Source of the DNA: Bacilli bacterium
Lineage (GTDB): Bacteria; Bacillota_I; Bacilli_A; RF39; UBA660
DNA: 45,276 nucleotides
Direction: 5' to 3'
NCBI GenBank assembly: GCA_028684735.1
Contig: JAQUFI010000001.1
Coordinates: 1 to 45,276 of the forward strand
Under the pieces are notes generated by a model. The model saw only the letters and a list, made by a program, of their open reading frames with translations, had not been told where the DNA came from and did not search any database. The position numbers and the translations under genes are program-made. Shown here one piece after another: positions 1-9,129 of this stretch. How positions within the stretch are numbered: position 1 is the first letter of the stretch; every line of letters begins with the position of its first letter.

Positions 1-1472
1 TTAATCTTAGGAATTACCCCATCTTTTGAAGAATATTTACTTATTAAATCAATCTTTTCAACTGGAATATATAGTTTATCTTGACCTTTATATTCAATAT
101 TAAGATAATCCTTTTCTAAACCATTTTTTAATAATGTTACAATCCCACGATAAATACCGATTCCATAAGTACTATGAACAATATAATCCCCATTTTCTAA
201 CTTCGTAATATCCCTAATCTTTGTCCCAAACTTAAAATTAGTTTTATAAGGATTATGACTATCTTTTCTATTAAACAATTCCTTTTCACTTATAATAACC
301 CAATTACCTAAAATAAAACCTTGATTTATTTTTTTGACAATGATATTTACTTTTTGAGGAATAAGATTATTCTCATTCGTTAAAATAAGATTCTTATTAT
401 TTAATTCATTAATAACTTTATTTGCTTTATACTGATCATTTAAACAAATTATAACGTCTTTTTTAAGCTTTATATATTCATTTAAACGATTATTAATGCT
501 TTCTGTATTTCCCGTAAAAGGTTCAATATCTAAACCATTATAAGTAATACTATTGTGGGATTTAATAACATCATCAAAACCACTAAAATAAAACTCTTCT
601 TTATTTTTAATTTCATAAAAATCATTCATATATGAAGTACTACCATCGATATTTAAACTGAGATTATAGTTTAATATCTCATCTAATAATAACTTATAGC
701 TTACTTCTAACTGTCTATAGTCATCAAAAACAGTAACTTTACCCACATAATCATTAATATTAGTAACATTTGTATAGCTAGGCAAATCACGATGTTTCAA
801 TCCAAAAATATCAATATCCTTATCAACAATAAACTCTGTATTAGGATTTATTTCAATCATCTTAATATTTTTAATAGTCAATTGATTATTTATATCAAAA
901 GTGCGAATCGAATCGATTTGATCTCCCCAATATTCAATTCTAATTGGATCAATCTCATTAATAGGAAAAATATCCACGACAAAACCCCTGATTGCTAATT
1001 CTCCTGTTTTATTAACAATTACCTCTTTAGTATACCCATAATTATATAAATCTCTAATTAATTCTTCAATTTTATAATTATCATTTACTTTTAAAATAAT
1101 TTTACTATCTTTATATTTAGTTTTAGGTGGTAAATAACGAAGATATCCCATCAAATTAGTAACAACAATCTTATTATTACTTTCTACTAATGAATTTAGT
1201 GTTTCCAATCTCTTTATCTTAAATTCCGGACTAATAGCCAAAGCCTCACTAGTTAAAAAATCATCCATCGGAAAGAATAATACATCATCAGTATAATTTA
1301 TAAGAGATTGATAATAAGCACTAGCTTCATACAGAGAACTAGTAACTAGTAAAATACCTTGATTTTTTTGTTTAAATAAATGGTACAAATAGACAGACTT
1401 TAATTCATTATTTAAACCAATAATATTTTTCTTTGTTTGATCAATCTCAAATAAATTATTAAATATTGACAT
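1..1472 (-). CDS. mfd: Transcription-repair coupling factor Mfd, N-terminal ~490 aa (3' end runs off the window)
   Basis: Minus-strand frame is open from the ATG at 1470-1472 (AAGGAG upstream) to position 1. My translation begins MSIFNNLFEIDQTKK and contains GDYIVHSTYGIGIYRGI...LYIPVEKIDLISKY (CarD/TRCF-type motif). pth-mfd adjacency is the conserved Firmicute order. Absent from the ORF track because it is truncated. Confidence 0.85.
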   Translation of the reverse strand, partial: MSIFNNLFEIDQTKKNIIGLNNELKSVYLYHLFKQKNQGILLVTSSLYEASAYYQSLINYTDDVLFFPMDDFLTSEALAISPEFKIKRLETLNSLVESNNKIVVTNLMGYLRYLPPKTKYKDSKIILKVNDNYKIEELIRDLYNYGYTKEVIVNKTGELAIRGFVVDIFPINEIDPIRIEYWGDQIDSIRTFDINNQLTIKNIKMIEINPNTEFIVDKDIDIFGLKHRDLPSYTNVTNINDYVGKVTVFDDYRQLEVSYKLLLDEILNYNLSLNIDGSTSYMNDFYEIKNKEEFYFSGFDDVIKSHNSITYNGLDIEPFTGNTESINNRLNEYIKLKKDVIICLNDQYKANKVINELNNKNLILTNENNLIPQKVNIIVKKINQGFILGNWVIISEKELFNRKDSHNPYKTNFKFGTKIRDITKLENGDYIVHSTYGIGIYRGIVTLLKNGLEKDYLNIEYKGQDKLYIPVEKIDLISKYSSKDGVIPKI

Positions 1473-1495
1473 ATTACACTCCTTTCAACACAAAA

Positions 1496-1514
1496 TTGAT
1501 ACTTTAGGTATCAA
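1496..1514 (-). terminator. Weak hairpin plus short U-tract between pth and mfd (possible attenuator)
   Basis: TTGATAC-N5-GTATCAA, a 7-bp stem directly after the pth stop, followed on the minus strand by TTTT. Confidence 0.35.
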
Positions 1515-2066
1515 TTAATTATATTTATTCATTAAATTATCAAATGACAATTCTAAAAAATCTTTTAAAATATTAGGCCCTAATTTTAATACTTCATCCA
1601 ATAACTTTTTTTCAGTTTTGGAGTATTTCCCAATCACATAATCTTTAGTATCAATATTTTTATTATTTGATATTCCAATTTTTAATCTTTTATAATTTTT
1701 AGTATTAAGACATCTTTCAATATCTTTTAAACCATTATGACCAGCACTTCCACCCTTAACTCTTAATTTAAAAGTACCAACTTCTAAATCTAAATCATCA
1801 TGAATAACTAAAATATCCTCAGTATCAATTTTATAGTAATCCATATACTTTTTTATAACTTGTCCCGATAGATTGATAAATTGCTGAGGTTTTAAAAAAA
1901 CTACTTTTTCACCATTAATAATGGTATCACTATATTTTCCACCATTTTTTAATTTAAAATCAAGATTTAGATTTTCGACCATCTTATCAAGCATTAAAAA
2001 ACCCATATTATGACGAGTATCTTGATATTCTTTTCCTGGATTTCCTAAACCAATAATTAACTTCAC
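1515..2066 (-). CDS. pth: Peptidyl-tRNA hydrolase
   Basis: MKLIIGLGNPGKEYQDTRHNMGF... is the canonical Pth N-terminus; 183 aa. Confidence 0.95.
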   Translation of the reverse strand: MKLIIGLGNPGKEYQDTRHNMGFLMLDKMVENLNLDFKLKNGGKYSDTIINGEKVVFLKPQQFINLSGQVIKKYMDYYKIDTEDILVIHDDLDLEVGTFKLRVKGGSAGHNGLKDIERCLNTKNYKRLKIGISNNKNIDTKDYVIGKYSKTEKKLLDEVLKLGPNILKDFLELSFDNLMNKYN

Positions 2067-2070
2067 CTTA

Positions 2071-2919
2071 TCATCTACCTTTATACTTTAAATATTCATT
2101 ATAAACATCACTCTTTTTAAGATGACGATCTTTACTAACAGCTTTTATTGCATCCATTACTTTATATCCATCAGCAATATACTCTTCAATATGTTCAATA
2201 AGTGTCCAATTGTCATAGTTTTCCCCAGTATTATTACCAGCTACCATTAAAACAATTTCTCCTTTAATGTCAACAATTTGTTCTAAAATGCTTTTGACAC
2301 TCCCTCTAAATACCTCTTCATATTTCTTAGTTATTTCCCGGGAAATACATATTTCCCTATTTCCCATAATATCTAAGACATTTCCCAAAGTTTTCTGAAT
2401 ACGATGAGGAGCCTCATAAAAAATTAAAGTTGCAGTTTCCTTTTCTAAACTTTCTAATTCTTCTTTTCTTTTAGTTTCAGTACTATTTAAAAAACCATAA
2501 AAGAGAAATGGCATTGGTTTAATTCCAGACATCGTTAAAGCTGGAATTAAAGCTGTTGCTCCAGGTAAAGACACCACATTATAACCTTTTTCGATAACAT
2601 ATTTGGCCATTTCATAACCAGGGTCACTTATAATAGGAGTACCTCGATCACTTACTAGTGCGATATCATCACCACTACTTAAATAATTTAGTGCTAACTC
2701 AAGATTCTTTTTCTCATTATGTTCATGATTAGCTATCATTTTTTTCTTAATTTCTAATTTCTTTAATAATAACCCTGTAACCCTAGTATCTTCCGAAAAA
2801 ATTACTTTAACCTCTTTTAAAACATTGATTGCTCTTAAAGTAATATCATCCATATTTCCAATTGGGGTTGGAATTAAATATAAAGTAGGACTATTATCAT
2901 AACTCTTCTGTGACATCAA
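2071..2919 (-). CDS. rsmI: 16S rRNA (cytidine1402-2'-O)-methyltransferase RsmI
   Basis: LYLIPTPIGNMDDITLRAINVLKEV..., tetrapyrrole-methylase fold, typical length (282 aa). Confidence 0.9.
   Translation of the reverse strand: MMSQKSYDNSPTLYLIPTPIGNMDDITLRAINVLKEVKVIFSEDTRVTGLLLKKLEIKKKMIANHEHNEKKNLELALNYLSSGDDIALVSDRGTPIISDPGYEMAKYVIEKGYNVVSLPGATALIPALTMSGIKPMPFLFYGFLNSTETKRKEELESLEKETATLIFYEAPHRIQKTLGNVLDIMGNREICISREITKKYEEVFRGSVKSILEQIVDIKGEIVLMVAGNNTGENYDNWTLIEHIEEYIADGYKVMDAIKAVSKDRHLKKSDVYNEYLKYKGR
2333..2346. promoter_or_regulatory. Perfect Noc-binding-site (NBS) palindrome ATTTCCCGGGAAAT inside rsmI
   Basis: Exact match to the B. subtilis NBS consensus. The 16-bp TATTTCCCGGGAAATA spans 2332-2347. 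Two further ATTTCCC half-sites lie at 2351-2357 and 2359-2365. Confidence 0.6.
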
Positions 2920-2925
2920 ATCACC

Positions 2926-3645
2926 TTATTTCATCATCTTTTTTATTTGTTCACTATATTCCCCATTCGATTCATTTAAATAAATAGGATCTAGAATTTT
3001 CACACCTGAATTACCATTTTTTCTTCCTTCAATTAATAAAATATTAGCTATTGCACCTTTTCTAGGGTAAATAAATTGAATCTTCTTTGGTTCAATATTA
3101 TTTTGCCTCATACCTTCAATAATATCAATTAATCTTTCGGGGCGATGAACTAATCCAATTATACCATTATTCTTAAGTAGTTTTTTAGAAATTTTAAAAA
3201 TTTGTTCTAAATTCAAAGTAACTTCATGCCTAGCAATCGTTTTATAATCATTCTTATTAATATTAGATTCCTTACTATATTTAAAAAAAGGAGGATTACA
3301 AGTAATAATATCAAATGAATTATTTTCTAAATTAGAATAGATTTCATTTATATCGGCATGAATTATTTCAATTTGATTTCCTAGGTTATTAGCTTCAACT
3401 GATTGGAGTGCTAATTCATAAACTTCTTTTTGAATTTCAACTCCAATAATTGAAGCAGATGTTTTAGTAGATAAAATAATAGGTATTGGCGCATTACCAC
3501 AACCAATATCTAATATTTTATCTATTTTTTTATTAATTGTAATAAAATTAGGTAACAATAACGAATCAATTGCTACATTAAACATATCTTTGTTTTGAAC
3601 AATACATAAATGTTCATACCCAAACAAAAAATTCTTAACATCCAT
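2926..3645 (-). CDS. SAM-dependent methyltransferase, YabB/TrmN6-like (tRNA m6A37 family)
   Basis: DIGCGNAPIPI SAM motif, NPPFF catalytic motif, IARHE motif. It sits between ricT and rsmI, as yabB does in Bacillus. Confidence 0.8.
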   Translation of the reverse strand: MDVKNFLFGYEHLCIVQNKDMFNVAIDSLLLPNFITINKKIDKILDIGCGNAPIPIILSTKTSASIIGVEIQKEVYELALQSVEANNLGNQIEIIHADINEIYSNLENNSFDIITCNPPFFKYSKESNINKNDYKTIARHEVTLNLEQIFKISKKLLKNNGIIGLVHRPERLIDIIEGMRQNNIEPKKIQFIYPRKGAIANILLIEGRKNGNSGVKILDPIYLNESNGEYSEQIKKMMK

Positions 3646-4426
3646 TTTTCATTTTTTCCTCTATGATTCCAACTTCAGGTATATCAACTCGATAACTACG
3701 TTCCAATATATTAACACTTATTACTTTGCCTTCACCTTTTTCAGTTTTTACTCTTTTACCTACATTAGGCATGCCTTTTTGACACTCTTGGTAACAATCG
3801 TTTTCATAATTTAAACAACAAAGCAAACGGCCGCAAACACCATTAATGTTGTTAGGATTTAACGCTAAGTTTTGGTTTTTTGCCATATTAATTGATACTG
3901 GCGCAAAATCATTTAAAAAACGACTACAGCAAAATTGATGACCACAAACACCACACCCATCAACCTCTTTAGCTTTATCTCTAACTCCAATTTGTCTTAA
4001 TTCAATCCTTGTTTTATAAATCGAAGCAAGTTCTTTAGCTAGTTCCCTAAAATCAATACGACTATCAGCTAAAAAACGGAAGATTAGTTGATCGCGATCA
4101 AAAGTATAAGTAGCATCCATAATTTGCATTTTTAATTTCTTCTTTTTAACAATTTCTCGACATTTTTTTAAAGCTTGTTTTGCATCATATAAATTGTTTT
4201 TATGTTTGTCATAATCTTGGTTTGATGCTATACGGATAACCCTTTTCAAAGGAGTCGAAAAAGAATGTCCTTCTTTATTGATTAAATCAGTTACTACTTG
4301 TCCATATTGACTTCCTTTTTCAGTTTCAACTATGACCATCATATCCTTTTTTAATTTTAAATTATTTGATGAAAAATAATAAACTCTACCTTTTTCTTTA
4401 AATGTTATTCCTACAACTTCAATCAT
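3635..4426 (-). CDS. ricT: PSP1-domain protein RicT/YaaT
   Basis: Cys-rich PSP1 signature (CGVCGHQFCC...CGRLLCCLNYE). Located downstream of holB, as in Bacillus. Confidence 0.88.
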   Translation of the reverse strand: MIEVVGITFKEKGRVYYFSSNNLKLKKDMMVIVETEKGSQYGQVVTDLINKEGHSFSTPLKRVIRIASNQDYDKHKNNLYDAKQALKKCREIVKKKKLKMQIMDATYTFDRDQLIFRFLADSRIDFRELAKELASIYKTRIELRQIGVRDKAKEVDGCGVCGHQFCCSRFLNDFAPVSINMAKNQNLALNPNNINGVCGRLLCCLNYENDCYQECQKGMPNVGKRVKTEKGEGKVISVNILERSYRVDIPEVGIIEEKMKNGC

Positions 4427-5367
4427 TTTACCCCTCCTTCTAACATAATAATTAACTTATCCACTAATAAATGATTATTAACATTAAACTTTATTTTATC
4501 TTTTAATTCCAAATATACTTTTATTTTATAACAAATACTATTAATATCATTTTGATCATTAATACTTTTTATATTATCCAAATAATCATTAAAATTTTCA
4601 ATTTTTCTTCCGCATTTATAATTTAAAACATCTTTATAATAGAGGATAATGACATCAAAGAATATTTCCATCATTCGCCTATTGGTAATATATCGATGCC
4701 ACATACGATTTGTATATAATAAAGTTGTTTTTTTATTTTCTTCATAAAAATCAACAAATTTAAGAATATTATTTAATTGATCATTATCCAAAAGGTCGCA
4801 TTCATCTTGATTGAGAACTAATTTACTAATTTTTTGAAATGTATTATCCCCTTCAAATTTTATATGATCAATAAATGATATAACCTGACACCTTGATACA
4901 ATTGTATCTAATAATAAATACTGATTACTAGTAACTAAAATAGCAATAATATTATTCTCTGGTTCTTCTAAAAATTTTAAAATAGAATTAGCTGCTGATG
5001 TATTTAATCTCTCAGCGTTATTAATTATATATATTTTTTTATCACTCATAACCGCTTTCTTACTAAATTCATTTTGTAGTTCAATTAGTTGCTCTTTTTT
5101 AATCCACATACCATCAGGATTAATAATCTTAATTTCTGTGAAATTATTATTATTTATAGTTTCACATTGCTTACAATCATTACAATTATTATCATTACTA
5201 TATGAAAATGGACACAACAAATACTTAGAAAAAGCAATTGCCATTTCTAATCCTTGATCATTTTCTTTTGTTTCAAAAAGATAAGCATGCGAATTACGAT
5301 TATTTTTCAATGAATTTTTCAACATCTTATATACAACTGGTTGGATTGATTGATATTCGTCTAGCAT
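4423..5367 (-). CDS. holB: DNA polymerase III delta' subunit
   Basis: HAYLFE..., Cys cluster, LKFLEEP and SRCQ motifs; 314 aa. Confidence 0.88.
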   Translation of the reverse strand: MLDEYQSIQPVVYKMLKNSLKNNRNSHAYLFETKENDQGLEMAIAFSKYLLCPFSYSNDNNCNDCKQCETINNNNFTEIKIINPDGMWIKKEQLIELQNEFSKKAVMSDKKIYIINNAERLNTSAANSILKFLEEPENNIIAILVTSNQYLLLDTIVSRCQVISFIDHIKFEGDNTFQKISKLVLNQDECDLLDNDQLNNILKFVDFYEENKKTTLLYTNRMWHRYITNRRMMEIFFDVIILYYKDVLNYKCGRKIENFNDYLDNIKSINDQNDINSICYKIKVYLELKDKIKFNVNNHLLVDKLIIMLEGGVK

Positions 5368-5381
5368 ACTTCACCTCTTTT

Positions 5382-5579
5382 TTAAAAAACAATCAGCAAT
5401 ATTATAATTAATGATAATAGCATTGGTATACCAAAGATTGTGACTGCTAAAACAGTAACTACATTGATTGGTATAACTAAATTAAGTGGCGCCATAATTA
5501 AATTGTAACCATATATAAAAAAGGCACTCAAAATTATTTTTTTTCCAAATTTTAATATTTTTTTCAACATTTTGTCCAC
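5382..5579 (-). CDS. bofA: BofA-family small membrane protein (pro-sigmaK processing inhibitor-like)
   Basis: 65 aa with two TM segments. The C-terminal VIPINVVTVLAVTIFGIPMLLSLIIIL resembles B. subtilis BofA (HVPINLVTTAISGILGIPGIAAL, from memory). It lies just downstream of recR, as in Bacillus. Confidence 0.65.
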   Translation of the reverse strand: MDKMLKKILKFGKKIILSAFFIYGYNLIMAPLNLVIPINVVTVLAVTIFGIPMLLSLIIILLIVF

Positions 5580-5609
5580 CTCAATAAAGATTATGAGGTT
5601 TAGGTTTTT

Positions 5610-6218
5610 TTATGTATTATTAGATATTGTTTTACGATCTTCTAAAGCCATTTCAAGCGTTAAAGAGTCAATATATTCCATTTCAGCACCAATTGGTACG
5701 CCGTGCGCAATTTTAGAAACAGTAATATCTAAACCTTCTAATAATTTTTTAATATATAAAGCCGTTGTTTCCCCTTCGATACTAGGTTTAACAGCTATAA
5801 TAACTTCTTTGATTTTTTCTTCCTTAATTCGTTTAATTAATAAATTAAGTTTGATTTGTTCAGGGTTAATACCATCTAAAGGTGATATCAATCCATCTAA
5901 AACATGATATTTCCCGTTATAACTTCCTACCTTTTCAAACAATATAACATTTTTTGGTTGCTCAACTACACAAATCATTTTAGAATCACGACTACTATCA
6001 CAACAAATATCACACAATTCATTTTCTGATAAATTATTACATTTATTACACCTTCTGATTTTAGTTTTAATGTTTTTTAACGATTTTGAAAACAATTCGA
6101 TTATTTCTTCTTCTAATTCAATAGTTGCTAGGGCATACCTCTCAGCTGTTTTTTCCCCTATTCCAGGTAATTTTTTATAACATTCAATTAGATTCTTTAT
6201 TGTTGTTGGATAATTCAT
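5610..6218 (-). CDS. recR: Recombination protein RecR
   Basis: LPGIGEKTAERYA HhH motif, C4 zinc finger (CNKCNN...CDIC), Toprim region. Confidence 0.95.
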   Translation of the reverse strand: MNYPTTIKNLIECYKKLPGIGEKTAERYALATIELEEEIIELFSKSLKNIKTKIRRCNKCNNLSENELCDICCDSSRDSKMICVVEQPKNVILFEKVGSYNGKYHVLDGLISPLDGINPEQIKLNLLIKRIKEEKIKEVIIAVKPSIEGETTALYIKKLLEGLDITVSKIAHGVPIGAEMEYIDSLTLEMALEDRKTISNNT

Positions 6219-6514
6219 TAAAATAACCCTGGCATTCCTTGAGTATATTTACCCATTTTTTCTTCAGTGATTGCATCAATTTGTCTAATAGCATCATTTA
6301 CCGCAACCATAATCATATCTTCTAACATTTCAATTTCGTCATTATCAATCGAATCATTATCTATTTTGACATTAATAACCTCTTTTGTTCCTTTCATCAG
6401 CACTGTAACAAAAGATGAAATTCCTTTAAATTTCATTTTATCGATTGCTTCTTTTTCATTCATCATATCTTTCTGTAATTTTTGTGCTTGTTTCATCATT
6501 GCTTGCATATTCAT
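6218..6514 (-). CDS. ybaB: Nucleoid-associated protein YbaB/EbfC
   Basis: MNMQAMMKQAQKLQKDM...GMPGLF. I place the start at the ATG at 6514, which has a GAGGG SD. The ORF-track start at 6553 would overlap the dnaX end. Confidence 0.88.
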   Translation of the reverse strand: MNMQAMMKQAQKLQKDMMNEKEAIDKMKFKGISSFVTVLMKGTKEVINVKIDNDSIDNDEIEMLEDMIMVAVNDAIRQIDAITEEKMGKYTQGMPGLF

Positions 6515-6527
6515 ATTATCCCTCTTC

Positions 6528-8273
6528 CTATTGATATTGAACAATATCTCCAAAGATATTTTTTATATCATCCTTATTATCTTTTTTAGTGTTTTTTAAT
6601 ATTTCTTGTATTTCTTTAGTTTCCTCAATATATTTAAATTCTTGTAATTTTGAATTATATATTTTTTTTATTTTTTCCCAATCTTTAGAACAAGTAGCAA
6701 TTACTTTATAATCCGTTTTATAAACCTTTTTAAAAATTTTCTCGATATTTAAAATGTTTTCATTAAAATAATTAGTAAGCTTTTCATTTTCATAAACAAA
6801 AATTAAATTTTTTTCTCCAATTGCTTTAAATTTACCATCCAAAATAATCGAAACAATCTCACAATAATTTGAATCTAATAATAGAGGTCTTAATAATTCC
6901 AAACTTTTTTTAAACTCCATAAATTTTTTCTTATCAAAAGCTGCTAAGGTGTTATTTATTCTTACTTCTTTTACTTTTTCTAATTGAATTTGTAAATTTT
7001 CATCAATTACCCTTGTTATTATTTTTTCACTAATTTTTTCACATTCAACGAAGGTTTCTTTTTTACTCGATTGATTTATTTCTTCTTTTTTAACAAGTGA
7101 AATATTTTCTGATTTTTGTTCAAGTTTTAAACTTTCATTAGTAAGATTTTTTTGTTTAGGTTCTTCTTTTTTACTATCAAATTCAATTGTTATTTCGTTA
7201 TTTTTATTTATTAAGTTAATAATAACTAATTCAAGCATTAATTTAGGATTATTACTATTTTTTATTTCTAAAATTAGATTATTAAATTCTTTTATCATTA
7301 ATAACAATTTAGTTTTATTTGTCTTATTGCTAGAATCCTCATATTCCTTAACATATTCATTGTTTTCTTTAAAATAATTAGGAACTGTTATATATAATAA
7401 TATGTTTTTTAAATAATATATTATTTCTTCTGATAATTTATTAAAATTTTTACCTAATTCATTATAAGCATCAATTAAACTTAATAAATATTGAATATTT
7501 TCATCAAATAGCGCATCAATAAATAATTTAATTTCTTGTTGGGTTATTGTTCCGTTTATTTCATGAATATCGTTAGAAGTAATATTATTATCGGTGTATG
7601 AGAACACTTGATCAAGCATGCTAATTGCATCGCGCATACCACCATCTGATAAGCGAGCTATTTCTAAGATAGCTTGTTCTTCTATTTTTATTTTTTCCTT
7701 TTCCGCAATATCTTTTAATCTTTCAACGATTTTATTTACCCCAATTTTTTTAAAATCAAAACGTTGGCATCTTGATAAAATAGTAGCTGGAATTTTATGA
7801 GGTTCAGTTGTTGCTAAAATAAAAACAACATGTGATGGGGGTTCCTCTAATGTCTTCAATAAAGCATTAAATGCACTATTAGTCATCATATGAACTTCAT
7901 CAATAATGTAAACTTTATATTTCCCAAGCGAAGGGACTAAATTAACTTTACTTTTTAACTCCCTAATTTCTTCAACTCCGTTATTAGAGGCTGCATCTAT
8001 TTCAATAATATCTACTGATTGTTTTAAATTAATTTGTGTACAATTTACACACTCATTACACGGTTCAATACCATTTAAATGTTCACAATTGATTGTTTTA
8101 CCTAAAATCTTAGCGACACTTGTTTTTCCAGTCCCTCTAGGTCCTGTAAATAAGTATGCATGATTTAATCTATTACTTAATATTGAATTTTTTAATGTTT
8201 TAATAATCACATCTTGTCCAAACACTTCTTTAAAATTCAATGGACGATATTTTCTATACAAAGCTTGGTACAA
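6528..8273 (-). CDS. dnaX: DNA polymerase III subunit gamma/tau
   Basis: YQALYRKYRP..., Walker A GPRGTGKTS, zinc module CNECVNC, SRCQRF. Likely TTG start at 8273, 8 nt after GGAGG. The ORF-track extension to 8366 overlaps tadA. Confidence 0.9.
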   Translation of the reverse strand: MYQALYRKYRPLNFKEVFGQDVIIKTLKNSILSNRLNHAYLFTGPRGTGKTSVAKILGKTINCEHLNGIEPCNECVNCTQINLKQSVDIIEIDAASNNGVEEIRELKSKVNLVPSLGKYKVYIIDEVHMMTNSAFNALLKTLEEPPSHVVFILATTEPHKIPATILSRCQRFDFKKIGVNKIVERLKDIAEKEKIKIEEQAILEIARLSDGGMRDAISMLDQVFSYTDNNITSNDIHEINGTITQQEIKLFIDALFDENIQYLLSLIDAYNELGKNFNKLSEEIIYYLKNILLYITVPNYFKENNEYVKEYEDSSNKTNKTKLLLMIKEFNNLILEIKNSNNPKLMLELVIINLINKNNEITIEFDSKKEEPKQKNLTNESLKLEQKSENISLVKKEEINQSSKKETFVECEKISEKIITRVIDENLQIQLEKVKEVRINNTLAAFDKKKFMEFKKSLELLRPLLLDSNYCEIVSIILDGKFKAIGEKNLIFVYENEKLTNYFNENILNIEKIFKKVYKTDYKVIATCSKDWEKIKKIYNSKLQEFKYIEETKEIQEILKNTKKDNKDDIKNIFGDIVQYQ

Positions 8274-8337
8274 TTCAATCACCTCCACACCATTTATTAT
8301 AACATTTATAAGGGTATAATAAAAGGAAATAATTTTA

Positions 8338-8781
8338 TTATTTCCTTTTAGTTTTAAAAAAATCACTTAATAATTTTTGAGATTCTTTTTTATATAATCC
8401 CTCTACTATTTCAATATTATAATTATTAATTATTTCTTTTAATATATTATTTGTACTAGAAACAAAACCAAACTTTTCTGAGTTTGTTGCATAAACAATC
8501 TTTTTTATTCTAGATTCTAATATTGCTCCAAAACACATTAAACAAGGTTCTAAAGTTACATACAATATACAGTCATCTAAATGCCAACTTTTTAACTTTT
8601 TACAAGCTTCTTCAATTGCTAAAATTTCTGCGTGATGAGTTGCTGTTTTGTTTTTTTCTTTTTTATTATGTGCTTTAGCTATTACCTTATCATTCTTTAC
8701 AATCACTGCCCCAACCGGTACATCATCTTTTATATAGCTTTTATTAGCTTCTATTAAAGCTAATTTCATATATTTTTCCAT
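8338..8781 (-). CDS. tadA: tRNA-specific adenosine deaminase
   Basis: HAEILAIE and PCLMCFGA deaminase zinc motifs. Probable ATG at 8781 (MEKYMKLAL...). The ORF-track start at 8793 is a TTG. Confidence 0.9.
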   Translation of the reverse strand: MEKYMKLALIEANKSYIKDDVPVGAVIVKNDKVIAKAHNKKEKNKTATHHAEILAIEEACKKLKSWHLDDCILYVTLEPCLMCFGAILESRIKKIVYATNSEKFGFVSSTNNILKEIINNYNIEIVEGLYKKESQKLLSDFFKTKRK

Positions 8782-8799
8782 TATATCACCCAATAATTA

Positions 8800-8877
8800 A
8801 AATAGCACACACATTTAGAGGTTTTTAAGGCTGCTATCTTCCGATTCTGACCTGATTCAAACATAAATGTTGTGCCT
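8800..8877 (-). ncRNA. ffs: Small (4.5S-type) signal recognition particle RNA
   Basis: The minus-strand RNA reads GGCACAACAUUUAUGUUUGAAUCAGGUCAGAAUCGGAAGAUAGCAGCCUUAAAAACCUCUAAAUGUGUGUGCUAUUUU. It carries the domain IV signature CAGGUCAG...C-GGAA-G...AGCAGCC with a GGAA tetraloop closed by AUC/GAU. The 5' GCACAACAUUUA pairs with the 3' UAAAUGUGUGUGC. A U-tract sits at the 3' end. The upstream promoter is TTGATT (8911-8906), 17 nt, TATATT (8888-8883). Confidence 0.75.
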
Positions 8878-8959
8878 TTTATAATATATACCATAATTTA
8901 TAAAAAATCAATTTAAATTAAATTATTGTCCGAGAAATGTTTTTTAAGCATTTTATATA

Positions 8960-8975
8960 TGTTTCACGTGAAACA
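8960..8975. promoter_or_regulatory. parS site 1 (TGTTTCACGTGAAACA, perfect palindrome)
   Basis: Matches the Firmicute parS consensus TGTTNCACGTGAAACA 16/16. With flanks it forms the 18-bp palindrome ATGTTTCACGTGAAACAT. Confidence 0.8.
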
Positions 8976-9010
8976 TAACTTTTAATTTTAATTATATATA
9001 CTATTTTTTA

Positions 9011-9026
9011 TGTTTCACGTGGAACA
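9011..9026. promoter_or_regulatory. parS site 2 (TGTTTCACGTGGAACA)
   Basis: Reverse complement is TGTTCCACGTGAAACA, the classical B. subtilis parS sequence. Confidence 0.8.
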
Positions 9027-9129
9027 TGACTTTGAAATTAATGTTTTTTTGTTTAATTATGATCAATAATATAAGTATAACATTCTATTATGTTGATTAT
9101 TTTTTTAAATTTAAAACATAACATACTAA

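Noticed and set aside
792-998. 68-aa plus-strand ORF
   Set aside because: It is embedded antisense within the mfd coding region, and its product is low-complexity N/I-rich.
5572-5907. 111-aa plus-strand ORF overlapping recR, and similar antisense ORFs at 6267-6599, 7618-7800, 9529-10155, 10820-11274, 13692-13904, 16497-16694, 19988-20227, 21511-21696, 21856-22401, 26101-26298, 26398-26580, 34122-34310, 34740-34940, 44345-44536 and 44612-44824
   Set aside because: All lie entirely antisense to strongly conserved genes. They translate to low-complexity I/L/F/S-rich strings typical of shadow frames in AT-rich DNA and lack SD sequences.
6515-6553. N-terminal extensions in the ORF track: ybaB to 6553, dnaX to 8366, tadA to 8793, gyrA to 11885, rpmH from 18568, murA from 40063, SGNH hydrolase from 41383
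   Set aside because: The extensions overlap upstream genes or SD sequences and add non-conserved residues. Internal starts with proper SD spacing match the conserved N-termini.
7100-7200. A-rich runs in dnaX (e.g. AGT AAA AAA GAA) as a possible gamma/tau programmed -1 frameshift site
   Set aside because: There is no X XXY YYZ heptamer in the correct phase and no downstream stem-loop. Firmicute dnaX is not known to frameshift.
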